This document shows, piece after piece, positions 53,704 through 64,000 of a DNA stretch of 64,000 nt (position 1 is its first letter; the number at the start of each line of letters is the position of its first letter). The position numbers were made by a program, and so were the translations under genes. The notes under the pieces were generated by a model that was not told where the DNA came from, did no database searches, and saw nothing but the letters and a program-made list of their open reading frames with translations. Source of the DNA: the human T2T-CHM13v2.0 reference genome, Homo sapiens; the NCBI RefSeq assembly GCF_009914755.1, contig NC_060929.1; one strand, written 5' to 3'.

Positions 53704-54609
53704 TTAATAAGTTGTCTATACAGACTTTAGTAATGTATTAATTGCAACCGAATCAATACAACCACAAATAAAGGACGTTATTATTTACAAAGCAACGAGC
53801 CAGTGGAAAAGCAAGCCTTCCTTGTTGATGCAATGAATGCCAAGAAATAAAAGTAATCCAGGCCTCTTGACCCTACCTGCCTTCACCCATAACTCAAGGC
53901 AAATTTAAGGTGGCTTCACCCCATCTATGCAATGTGGATCTGAGGTGAGAAGATGCATAAAAAGATTTGCAGCGGTATTACTGTGGACAAATTACTTCTT
54001 TGATGTTCATTTCCATCAACTATAAGTAGGGATAACACTAGTTCTTATCTGTAGAAATATCGTGAGCATTGAATGTGATAACTTTGCAGAATGGCGAATA
54101 GTAAGCACTCATTACATGCCAGTTACCATCATAATCATCATCGATGTTGTCATCATTTTTCTCCGTGCTCTTTCCTTAACTAGATCTTCTATCATGAATG
54201 CAAGAGGTGTCCTGAGTTTTGTTTCAGTTCATGAACCACTGCTTTGTTCTTCTTCTTGTGTCCCGGAGCCCCAAACAGTGCCTGAAATTCAGTGCTTTCC
54301 TCATATCTATGAGCAGAGCTTGGGCTGGCAAGTAATGCTATATACACCAGCAAGTACACAGCTTATCATTTTCCAAGTTAGCACCATTATTCATTCTAAT
54401 AATACAGGAATTAAAGTGGCTTCAAAAAAGAAAGGCCTTTTTCACATCAATGCCAGCAGGCACAGCCCATATCATGCTAAATGCCATTCTGGGTACTTCC
54501 CAGAAAATATTGGCAGCCAAGTTCCCAGAGGCCGTCTGCACCCAATAGATAAGATGAGGCAAAGAAAACTGTACTGGAAGAGATCAATGACCTTGCTGGC
54601 TTGTGTTTG

Positions 54610-54870
54610 GCTATCAATTATCTTTGCTATCACTTACTATGTTCCAGGCACTGTTCTGAACACTTTACACAGATTCTCTCATTTAATCTTTGTAACAAAT
54701 CATATGAAGAAGCCATCATTAGTACACCCTCTTTACAGTTGAGGAAGCTCAGGATGAGGGTGTTTAAACAGATTGCCTAAAATCAAACACAGCTAGAAAT
54801 CTGCAGATCTAGGCTTCACACCCAGGCAGCCTGCCTAAAACCTATTTCTCACAACACCACTCTATAATGT
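54610..54870 (-). mobile_element. MIR SINE
   Basis: CACTTACTATGTTCCAGGCACTGTTCTGAACACTTTACAC...CTCATTTAATCTT...TTTACAGTTGAGGAAGCT. Confidence 0.88.
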
Positions 54871-54954
54871 TCTAAAAAGTTGCTTTAACCATTTAAACAT
54901 TTATGGATCCTACTATCTCCAGCCAGAGGCCTCTGAGGACAACTTGGAGAGAAA

Positions 54955-55190
54955 CCATATGATGGTTAATTATGATCTCAGGGTGTCAGATACATAAGGG
55001 TTCAAATCCCTCCCAGGCCTGCCTCTACTAGCCTGATCTCTCTTTGACTCATTTTTCTCATCTGTGAAATGGGGATGACAATAGGACCTGCTCCATAGGC
55101 TTGTAAAGATCAAATGATATGTTAGAGTAAAATGCTTAGCACAGTGCCGGGCACATAGTAAGTGTTCAATAAATAAATATGTTCATTCAT
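54955..55190 (+). mobile_element. MIR SINE
   Basis: GGGTTCAAATCCC...TTTCTCATCTGTGAAATGGGGATGACAATAG...GCTTAGCACAGTGCCGGGCACATAGTAAGTGTTCAATAAAT. Confidence 0.9.
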
Positions 55191-56379
55191 TGTTCTCCCC
55201 TTTTTCAGAAATATATTATCAAAAAAACAGAAATAGGAGCCCTGTTACTTATCACATTCAGCTTTAAAAAGCACCCCTCTGCCCACATCTGGATGATAAA
55301 ATGTGATTCTTATGAAAAAAAATAATTTTTTGGCACCATGCTCCCTATCTGCAATTACATCAAAATCACATTAATTGAGCTATAACACTGTCAGGCTTAG
55401 CAGCTGGAAAGCACATCCATACATTCTAAAGAGAAGGCCATTAATTCAGCTCTCTACAGCGCAGCAATGAAATTGGGATGTCCATTCTTCAGTGTGATTT
55501 ACTGTCTTTCAAGCCGCTTAAGTGGGAACCTCTACAAAAAGATTTAAGTTAAGTGACTCTTGTGCTGCTCTGAAGCTCATTTATTATTGAATTAAGTTTT
55601 CATTTCGTTTAAAGGGAATAAAGAAATATAGTTTTATTTGAAACAAGGTAAAACATTTAAAAGAAATCAGCTATTATGATCCAGGAAGCCAGTTTATATA
55701 TCTGCAAATGATCTCACTCTGCTTATGCTCTGCTGAAAAGCCAAATTTAAACTCATAAATATTGCTAATATGCATATAATTTGAGACTTTTGCATGACAG
55801 CTCACCCTTACTTTTTGTGTTTTATCATTCCTCTCTTTTAAAAATTTTTAAATCTTTTTTTAAAAATCAAGACAGTTAGACACTGGGCTAGAGAAGAAAC
55901 CAGGCAGAAATAAACATCCATTTTCGAAAAGTCTAGATTTTCTTTATGACATGAAGGGAAAAGTAGGAGGGAGAGACAGAGGCAGAGAGATACATGTTAT
56001 AGGTTATCAGTGTGTGGCAGAAAAATCAAAGTATGGCAGACATATAATATTAAAAGATTTAGAGCGTCCTGGTCCACAGATGAATCGCGTGTGGCAAGCA
56101 AACAGAGAGTAATTCTCTACTAGTAGAGTATGTACAACTTCAGTGCCTAAATTATCAGCCTTTGTATCAGGCATCAGGCGACAAAGCTTCTTTAGAATTA
56201 GTGACCCTGTCTGTCCACAGTACAGATAAAAGAAATGGTATATTTCTACATAATGTTTCCTCTTCTAAGCCTCATGCAAAACAGCCAAGAGTAATATTCC
56301 CTATACGAAGAAGTCCCTAAAGAACTAAGTACTTCTGAACAAACTATATTTTTAAAAAGTCTGCTAGGACCCCTATAAT

Positions 56380-57000
56380 GGTGTCATTTACACTCCAGTC
56401 ACATGTGTCTACAGCACAAGACCCTTCATAATTAGGTATATACACTATACCAGCTCACTGCCTAATTAGCAAATTATGTTGAAAATAGCATCCTGCTAAT
56501 TAACAGTTATTATGGCATTTCTGAAGCTGAGGCTTTAATTATCACCAACCTAATGCTTGTGTACAGAGAAAAAAAGCCCCTCCCCTTTTTAAATGATCAA
56601 TAAGTGCAAAAGATTATTATAAGGCAAATCTGCTGACAGCTGATTAATTTGTTTGATGCAAAGTTGCTGCGTGTTTCAGATTATTTTATGGGAGTTGCAG
56701 GAAAAAGGTACATAATTCGGTTTCATTAGCAACCTCTGCGATTTATCACTAGAAAATGCACCCCCTACACCTTTTTTGTTGTTTGTTCAATTCCCTCTGT
56801 GTTTTTGCCTGTACCAGCATCAAAGTCAAGAGCAGGAAGTTTTAATTAAGTGACACTAATGAGGTCGTTGAAAATGATACTTCAGCAATTCAGCGTGCTG
56901 TTAAATGTGTTTATTCTATAATGTCATCAAAGGTGATTGTTTTCCCTCGTAATAGATAAAATTCATTACCATAAGCATTGTACTTTTGAGTGTTAGAAAT
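56380..57000. promoter_or_regulatory. Candidate conserved non-coding enhancer
   Basis: Repeat-free. Five TAATTA sites (56429, 56463, 56497, 56536, 56843), TGACAG next to TGATTAAT (56634-56648), and two ATCAAAG TCF/LEF sites (56819, 56926). Confidence 0.5.
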
Positions 57001-58834
57001 ACGAAATGCAAGTTAGTCAGGTGTATCTGTTACTTTTTTTTTTCCTTTGGCTGCCAATTCAAATTACTGGACCTAAAACAAAACTTGAGCAAAAAAGGCT
57101 CGAGCTGTTTTCTAGTTTTTTTGTTTGTTTTTTTTTTGTTTTTTTTTGGTTGTTAAGTCTCCCATGTTTAGTAATTAACAGACCCCGCCAGAGAGGAACA
57201 GAACAAAAATGAGCATGCAAATGACTAATCAAGGAAAGCTGGAATCAACAAGATATGGGTAAAAAGATGCTCCTCTGAGCCTGGCCATCATGCGGCAGGT
57301 TCTGCGCCTCTGATCACACTGAGCTGCCCACCTTCCCATGCCCTGGAAGTAAAGCTATGTAGTCCTACCCTGGTAGCATAGGCTGTGCCACTACACAATT
57401 CAGCATTTGACTTGAACAAGAATGGGATACTTTGGATACTTTTTTCTTTAAAATGGTTCCAGTCTCCCAAACACAAGTATGGTTGTATGATGCATTTTAG
57501 GAATTTATTTATCACACTGTGAATTTCCACACTGCCTTCTTCATAAGAATTCAAAATGCTTGTTCACATTTCTAAGGCATCTAATGGGGGGCAAGTATTA
57601 AAATGCCTCCATTTTACAGATAAGGTAAACTGAGCAAAGTAATTTATCCCAGGTCAGAGGCAAAGCAAGTATAAGCCCTGTTCCAATCTCACCAAGTCAT
57701 ACCACCTCTGCAATTCAAAATGGTCTCCTTTAATTTTCTCAGGTTACCCAAAAAAAAAAACACATTTTCATATCTTGCACAAACTAAAAAGCTCTACAGT
57801 GTTTCTATGGCAGCCTGTTTCTTTGCAAATGGGGGTCCAGTGTTAGACATCTACATTTTTAATCTTTCATTTTTATAAGCAATGCTTTGCTGAACATCTC
57901 TGATTTTCTTACGATGGAAATGATGATGCTGTGCACAGCAAACTCTTCATCAAAGCAGCAGGTCCAGTCCCATATCTCACCTGCTTTAGCCAACAGTAAT
58001 TATTTCCCACTAAGCTGCCCATTTCTAGTTTACTTTTTTTAAATGCCAAAGAAAAGCCATTCTGACCCATCACATTTTATAACTTAAAGCGGTCACTATT
58101 TTTCCTATAGCGGTGTTGCTGATTCAGAGTAAGCTCAACATACTCCACACTTATTTACTGACTACCCAGCCACAGATCAGGAAAAAGCAGGTGTTCGGGG
58201 GATTTTGTCAATACACTTAACTACTGTGAATGAAAAATGAAAATTGTTTTCCTTCCTCATGGTATTCATGTTTTGGGCTGGTTTGATCCTAGAGCAAGGG
58301 GTTGAATTAGATGACCTCGTGGAGTTTTTTAGAACACTCTCAAAGACTGTCTCCATCAAAATTTTTAGTCAGTTCCCTGAAACATCTCAGGAAATGCAAA
58401 CATCAGTATCATGGAGCAAATCAAACTTTGACTTAATTTGTCATTTTTAAACTAGTTAGCTGCAGAGGTACCTCAAAATGCTCTAATATTATATAAACAG
58501 TCACTTGCTTTTTATTGGAGGGTTCAGCATAGGAAAGAAATTAGAAATGGCTCAGAAGTTCTAACAAGGTGGTAAACATTCCAAATCCCTATCTAATGTG
58601 CATTAATGCCAGATGAGAATATATAGAGAGAGGCATAGGGGCAGCTAATACTCTAGGAGGCTGTGAAATGTTGACACATCCTCCTAGAAATAGGAGATAC
58701 TCATCTACAAATTAATGGAAGGATGTTTCTAGAAGAACCAGATGCCTTTACCAATTTTCATTTATTGTCTGGAATTTAAACTTCTGCTTCTCTTCACAGT
58801 TTTTTTTGTTTGCCACCTTACCTTTAGCAACCAG

Positions 58835-59450
58835 CCATATGCTCTTTAATAAAATGGCAAAGATGTCAAGTAATGATAGCACTCAGCACCAGTATGGATA
58901 CAGTGGATGGGCACTCTCACCCGTGGGAGGGGAGGGAGCACACATTGGCACAGCCTCTCTGGGAAGCACTTTGGTATTGCATCAAGAATTTGAAAACATT
59001 CATATCCTTTGAGCCTGTAATTGCACTTCTAGGAATCTATCATAAGGAAATCAGGGATGCTTATCAAAGCATTATTTATAAAAATGAAAAAATTAAAAAC
59101 TTAAATGTCTAACAATTGCAGATTGGTTAGATAAATGATGATATATCCACATGATACAATATTATACAGTCATTAAAAAACATGTGTTCTCAGAATGCAT
59201 ATTAATAAAAATAGCAACAAGGAGAGGGCTAAAGATGTAACATCAGGTATAACACATATGTCCTCATATTCATAAATTTCAATGCATCTATTTATGTAAG
59301 CAATAAAATAAAAGAGTAGAAAACAGATAACTAAGCGTGAACAGTGGTTATTGAGGGAAGATAAAGTGAAAGGCAATTTTAATGTTTATCTTTATACTTT
59401 GTAAAAAGTATTCATTTTAAATATGAAAATTATAAAATAATTCAATAATA
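58835..59450 (+). mobile_element. Ancient L1M (L1ME-like) 3' fragment
   Basis: The ORF at 58873 reads LAQPLWEALWYCIKNLKTFISFEPVIALLGIYHKE, a decayed match to L1 ORF2 QPLWK...PFDPAIPLLGIYP. An AT-rich L1M 3' UTR follows. Confidence 0.8.
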
Positions 59451-61444
59451 TGTCTTTTTTAGAATATACCCAGATGTTATTAGAAGTTTTATATTATGGT
59501 ATAATTTATATCATTACATAATTTATAACATAATCAGTCCAAACACACATACTTCCTCTATGAACTTCATAACTATTTAGCCACATTCAAGCCCAGAGAT
59601 TACTGAAATGCTGGAACTGCTATTATGAGACTTTTAGTAGGGCACTCCCAGAACACTCCTTTAAAAGTATCTCTGTACATCAAACCCATAATAGTTACCT
59701 CAGTTTGTATAAAGTTGCCTGTAGATTCACATGAGACAAGAGTGTAACATTTGGAGCCCAGATCATTTCTTAGCATGGTCCAAGATCCTCATGGGTAGAT
59801 ATTTTCCTTGAAGGATTTATTTACTCACTTTACAGAGTGATAGACACCCTGGTCTCTGATCCCTCAGAACTTCTGAAGCCACTTTTCCTTTCACTGGGCT
59901 TAGGATAATTGTAGCCAAGGCTCAGTTCATTTACTCTTTTGTTTTTTTAATTTTTTTCTTCCTAATCAGTGAGAAACTGTCAATACATACATACGGGGTA
60001 TCACTTAAATTTTGAAAACTAAAAATTCAAAGCAAACTGGGAGAAATATTTTGACATGTAAACTTTTTCCCAGAGACTGTTTTTCAAAAAAAAAAAATGT
60101 TTGAAATTGCTTTTTGCTAAAGGAAGCGGGGATAGTTCAGCTGCAGGTAGAAAACTTACCACTATAGGCAACCATCATTCTTATGAAGGATAACATAATT
60201 ACAACTAAAATGAAGACACCGAAAGAGGTGCACAAAACAAGCCATCTTGTCAGCTGGAGATGAGGGGATCAATAAATTGTATGCTTAACATTTTCCCAAT
60301 CAAATTCTTAATACAACAGGATTTATGTGGGCTTTGGAGATGCTCAGAAAAATAATATAGATTTTTCCCTACTGGAGAGTAAATAAAATTCAACTACTCA
60401 TTAAAGGGTTCACTGATTGTTTGTTTGAATCTTTTCAAAGCTATGAGGAGGAAGAAAGACAGCTGAGAACAGAGAGACCAGGACTTGCATCTTTGTCCTG
60501 TTGCTTAGTAATTCTGCCACTTCAGGCAAGTGACTTAACCTCTCTGAGCCAATGGTCACTCACCTTATTTCTCAAAGGGTGTGTAAAAGCTAAGTAACCT
60601 AACACAGAGCTGGAGAAATAGTAGGCATTCAATATAGGTTTCTTTTTCACTTTAAAGTAAGCATACAAAAACAAATAAATTAGATCTGCTCACACCCCAA
60701 AACAAAAGAACCCAAATGAATAAATTGAAAGCACAGATCTTTCAGTAAACACAGCACCTCCTCTGCTTTGCACTTCCACAAAGGACAGTCTGCGTTGATG
60801 TCACAATGCTTTAATGACTCTTTTTTGTATTTTGCTCTTTTATTGAATTACACAAAAACGAAACTTGCCCTCATTCAGTATCTATCGTACTATTGAAAAT
60901 AGAATCTCAAAACCATGATATGGAGCCACAGGCAGATTTCACCATGCCCATTACACACAGGCAAATGAGAATGGTGTGTGTGTGTTGGGTGTAGGAGTGT
61001 GTATGTGGTATGATTACCAGGTTAAAGGGATGACACAGACTCTCCTGAATGACTTATGGGAGCCGAATCTCACTTTAGAACCATGTGTCATTTATATGCA
61101 TATTAGTTCCTTCCTTCATTCATTCATTCAACAACCTCTGCAATGCCAGTGTAGTACAGTGCACTTCATACACATACACATACACACATACACACTCGTA
61201 CAAGAGCAATCCCACCATCGCCATGCTGAATTGTCTCCTTAAAGTTATCTGGAAGACTGCATGCCATACCACTCTGTAGAGATATGAGGGGAGGTCATTT
61301 GAAAGAGAGAGAAATGGAAGCTTCCAGAGTGAAAGATCTTGGGACTGACCTTTTTCTTCCTCTTTCTCCAGCTCTCAAGTTCAAAGGTTTTTCGTAGTTC
61401 AAATAACTCACTCAAAATTCAACTCTCAGACAGACCTTGCAATG

Positions 61445-61670
61445 GGCAGTGTTGAATATTTGGAAAGAGTACAGACTCTGGCACTGTAGAACTTATAATC
61501 AGTCCAAACATTTTTCCTCTGTTAATTTCATAACTATTTGAGTTAGAATTCCCACAAGTTATTTAGTCAAATAACTTCAATGTCCTTAGTAGGTTGTTAT
61601 GAAGATCAAAGGAGACAACATATGTAAAACGTTTAGCACAGTGCCTGGCACATAGTATTCACTAAATGTC
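61445..61670 (+). mobile_element. MIR SINE with templated insertion and internal deletion
   Basis: GAAAGAGTACAGACTCTGG...GAGTTAGAATTCCC...GGTTGTTATGAAGATCAAAGGAG...TAGCACAGTGCCTGGCACATAGTA. Confidence 0.85.
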
Positions 61671-61689
61671 CTTCCCAGAAGAAGCAGTA

Positions 61690-61905
61690 AGTAAAAATTA
61701 TAGCCTGACCCTGAGCTAAATTCTTTATGTATATGATTGCACTCATTGCAAGTCTACAAGGCAGACATTATCATTATCCCCATTTTACAGAAAAGGAAAC
61801 AGACTTGTTGAGTTTAATTTGCCCAAGATTCAACAAAAATGTGTTAGAGCCAGGGTGCAACCCAGGCAGGCTGGCTCCAGAGCCTAAGATGTAACTGACT
61901 ACACT
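61690..61905 (-). mobile_element. MIR SINE
   Basis: TATCATTATCCCCATTTTACAGAAAAGGAAACAGA...TTGCCCAAGA...AACCCAGGCAGGCTGGCTCCAGAGCC. Confidence 0.88.
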
Positions 61906-63179
61906 ACATTTTTTAATCTATTAGATTAAAATACATTTAAGAAAAATTGGCACTAGTGTTTATTCTTGGGAAATGGTGGACCCAGTTTTTGTTTGGCCTC
62001 AATGGAGGTGCTCGGGCAGGCAAGTGTCCTTCATCCAGCTCCCCGCCCCTCATCCTATTCCCCTGCCCAAGAGAAGATGAGAACAAGGCGTTTGCCAGAG
62101 GCATCTTGGAGGCAGCAGCCAGTCAGAGGCTGTGTTCCGAGGGCACAGTTAAGGTGAACTCAGAGAGCACAGTCCAGAGGCACCAAGGAGCTGAGGACAC
62201 ATTCCGGAGACGCAAATGTGCTGCTGCAGCACAGCCACCCCGCTTGCCCAGCAAGCCTCTGGGGAGCCATGGGCACAGGTGCTGCTGTCCCACTCCCAGA
62301 TTAGCATAAGTGAACTGGGGCAGGCCAGCTGGTAGAACACCCTATATCCACTGCTGCAGACTCACTGCATGTGCACGCGTGCACACACAGATACATACAA
62401 ATGATTAGAAAACATATGCAGAAGAAAAACTAGACCCATCTCCCAAAAAAGGCATTTATCAAAAGGATAGCACATAGAAAAAGACAAACTAACATGATTA
62501 TTTTCTTCCCTTTAGTGACTCTGTTTAAGATGATCACAATTCCCATCACTATAATGAGCCATTTCTTGGCTGGAGCACATTTATACAACTCTCACCCAAA
62601 AAAGTGCAAAATGTATCTGAAGTAGGGACCATGTATTCATTTAAACAAATTCATGACAAACACCCACTCTGTGCTGGGTATATGCCAGAAAAAGCCAATA
62701 TATATGATTCCAAAAATCTGCCAAGAACCCAGAGGTTTTTCAAATAAGTAGATGATTCATATTTCATTTTTATTCAGCTATCTTTGCACTGGGTGGCCAT
62801 TGTCTGAGACAGATCCCTCTGCTCCTCAATAGCCCAAGATAGACTGGTTGAATTATGTGATGCTACTGGATTAGAAAATATTTTTTAAAAAAGGAGAGGC
62901 TTGGTTTTCCATCCTCTTTCCAAAGCAACCAATGAAATGATAAATAAATATATGTGCATGTTCCCTAGGTGTCTGACAACACAAAATGCCTTGCTACCTC
63001 CATTTTTGCTTTTTTGCCAAGACCAGCAAAGGGGAGGTGACATGGGATAACACATGAAAATGGTCTTTGATTAGCTACCTTGTGAACCATATTTCCTGCC
63101 TCAGTTTCCCATCTCAGCTGATCATGAATGGATGACCCACATATATATAGCAGAGAGCACAGGAGAACAGACACTGCAG

Positions 63180-63380
63180 GCAAAGGGTCTCAGTTCAAAC
63201 TCAGCTGCCACCTGCCACCTCTGTGACTTCAGGTTCAGGTTTGTTACTTTGTATCCTAGAGACGTGGTTTCCTCCTTCCTATGTAAAGGTAATAATAGTA
63301 CCTAAAGTTGTAAAGACTAAATGACATACACATACAAAGTGCTTAGCACATTGCCTGGCACATATGAGTGCACCATACTA
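63180..63380 (+). mobile_element. MIR SINE
   Basis: GTTCAAACTCAGCTGCCAC...TGTAAAGGTAATAATAGTACCT...AAAGTGCTTAGCACATTGCCTGGCACATA. Confidence 0.8.
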
Positions 63381-63569
63381 ACATCAGCATGTGGATGGCA
63401 CACGGTAGGCTTCGTAGGCTTACCCAGATAAATCAGTGTCCCTTCCCACATTTGCAAGCTCACAATCCACAACAAGAATGAGAATCTATTGCAAGTCACT
63501 CCTATTTCATAGTCATGCAGTTTTCCAGCACATTTCCACTCCAGCATCTGTCTACAGCTATGCACTGGC

Positions 63570-63720
63570 TTCCTCCTCTGGATGGGAAACTCCTTGAGGG
63601 CAAGAATTTTGCCCTGTAACCTTAATCTTGTTGATCTTCCACTTCCCCCAGTATGAGCCATAGTATCACGAACAGAGTAGGCACGAGATAAATGTTTGCT
63701 GGATGGGTAAATGAATAAAA
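63570..63720 (+). mobile_element. L2 3' end
   Basis: AAACTCCTTGAGGGCAAGAA...CCCCAGTA...GAACAGAGTAGGCACGAGATAAATGTTTGCTGGATG. Confidence 0.75.
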
Positions 63721-64000
63721 TGGAGAATAGGAAGTACCACCAAAGCAAGCCCTGCAAAAGTACTGTGGCTAGTCATAGGAAGGAGGGATTGTTTTTATCT
63801 GCTTATACCAAAGTAGAGGTTAGGGGAGATCAAAGAGAGGGTCATGGAGGAGGGCAACCGAAAGCTTGGCTTGGAGAATAGGCTGTACTTAGTGCGACTG
63901 ACTGGGGAGGGTCATTTCAGTCTCTCGGTGGCCTAAATTCATGCTTCCTCTGCCCTCAATAGTACAATGAAGTACAGGTGCATGAATATCAGAAGACTGG

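Noticed and set aside
54062-54742. Longest ORF (226 aa)
   Set aside because: It starts at a non-ATG codon inside a MIR, runs through L2 and MIR remnants, and has no recognisable domain or splice context; a chance ORF.
60153-60175. Minus-strand TATAG | TG | GTAAGT
   Set aside because: No usable polypyrimidine tract; expected by chance.

Overview
AT-rich, CpG-depleted primate genomic DNA. AluJ, AluS and AluY copies are present, so it is catarrhine and human-like. It contains no recognisable protein-coding gene, tRNA, rRNA or CpG island. The ORF track is explained by repeats, microsatellites and chance, and only L1 ORF2 C-terminal remnants are real protein homology. The window is dense in ancient MIR/L2 elements, with about 9 Alu copies or monomers, three L1 fragments, several DNA-transposon MITEs and one MaLR LTR. 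Repeat-free stretches rich in homeodomain, PBX-MEIS, TCF and POU motifs look like conserved enhancers. The overall picture fits a large intron or regulatory landscape, probably transcribed on the minus strand, but the locus cannot be named from sequence alone. The leads most worth checking are minus-strand microexon-like splice architectures (9 nt at 41441-41449; 3 or 30 nt starting at 7854), two short templated insertions copied from nearby DNA into MIRs, a tiny twin-primed L1 and a candidate enhancer at 56.4-57.0 kb. Repeat boundaries and subfamily calls were made by eye from remembered consensus sequences and are approximate.
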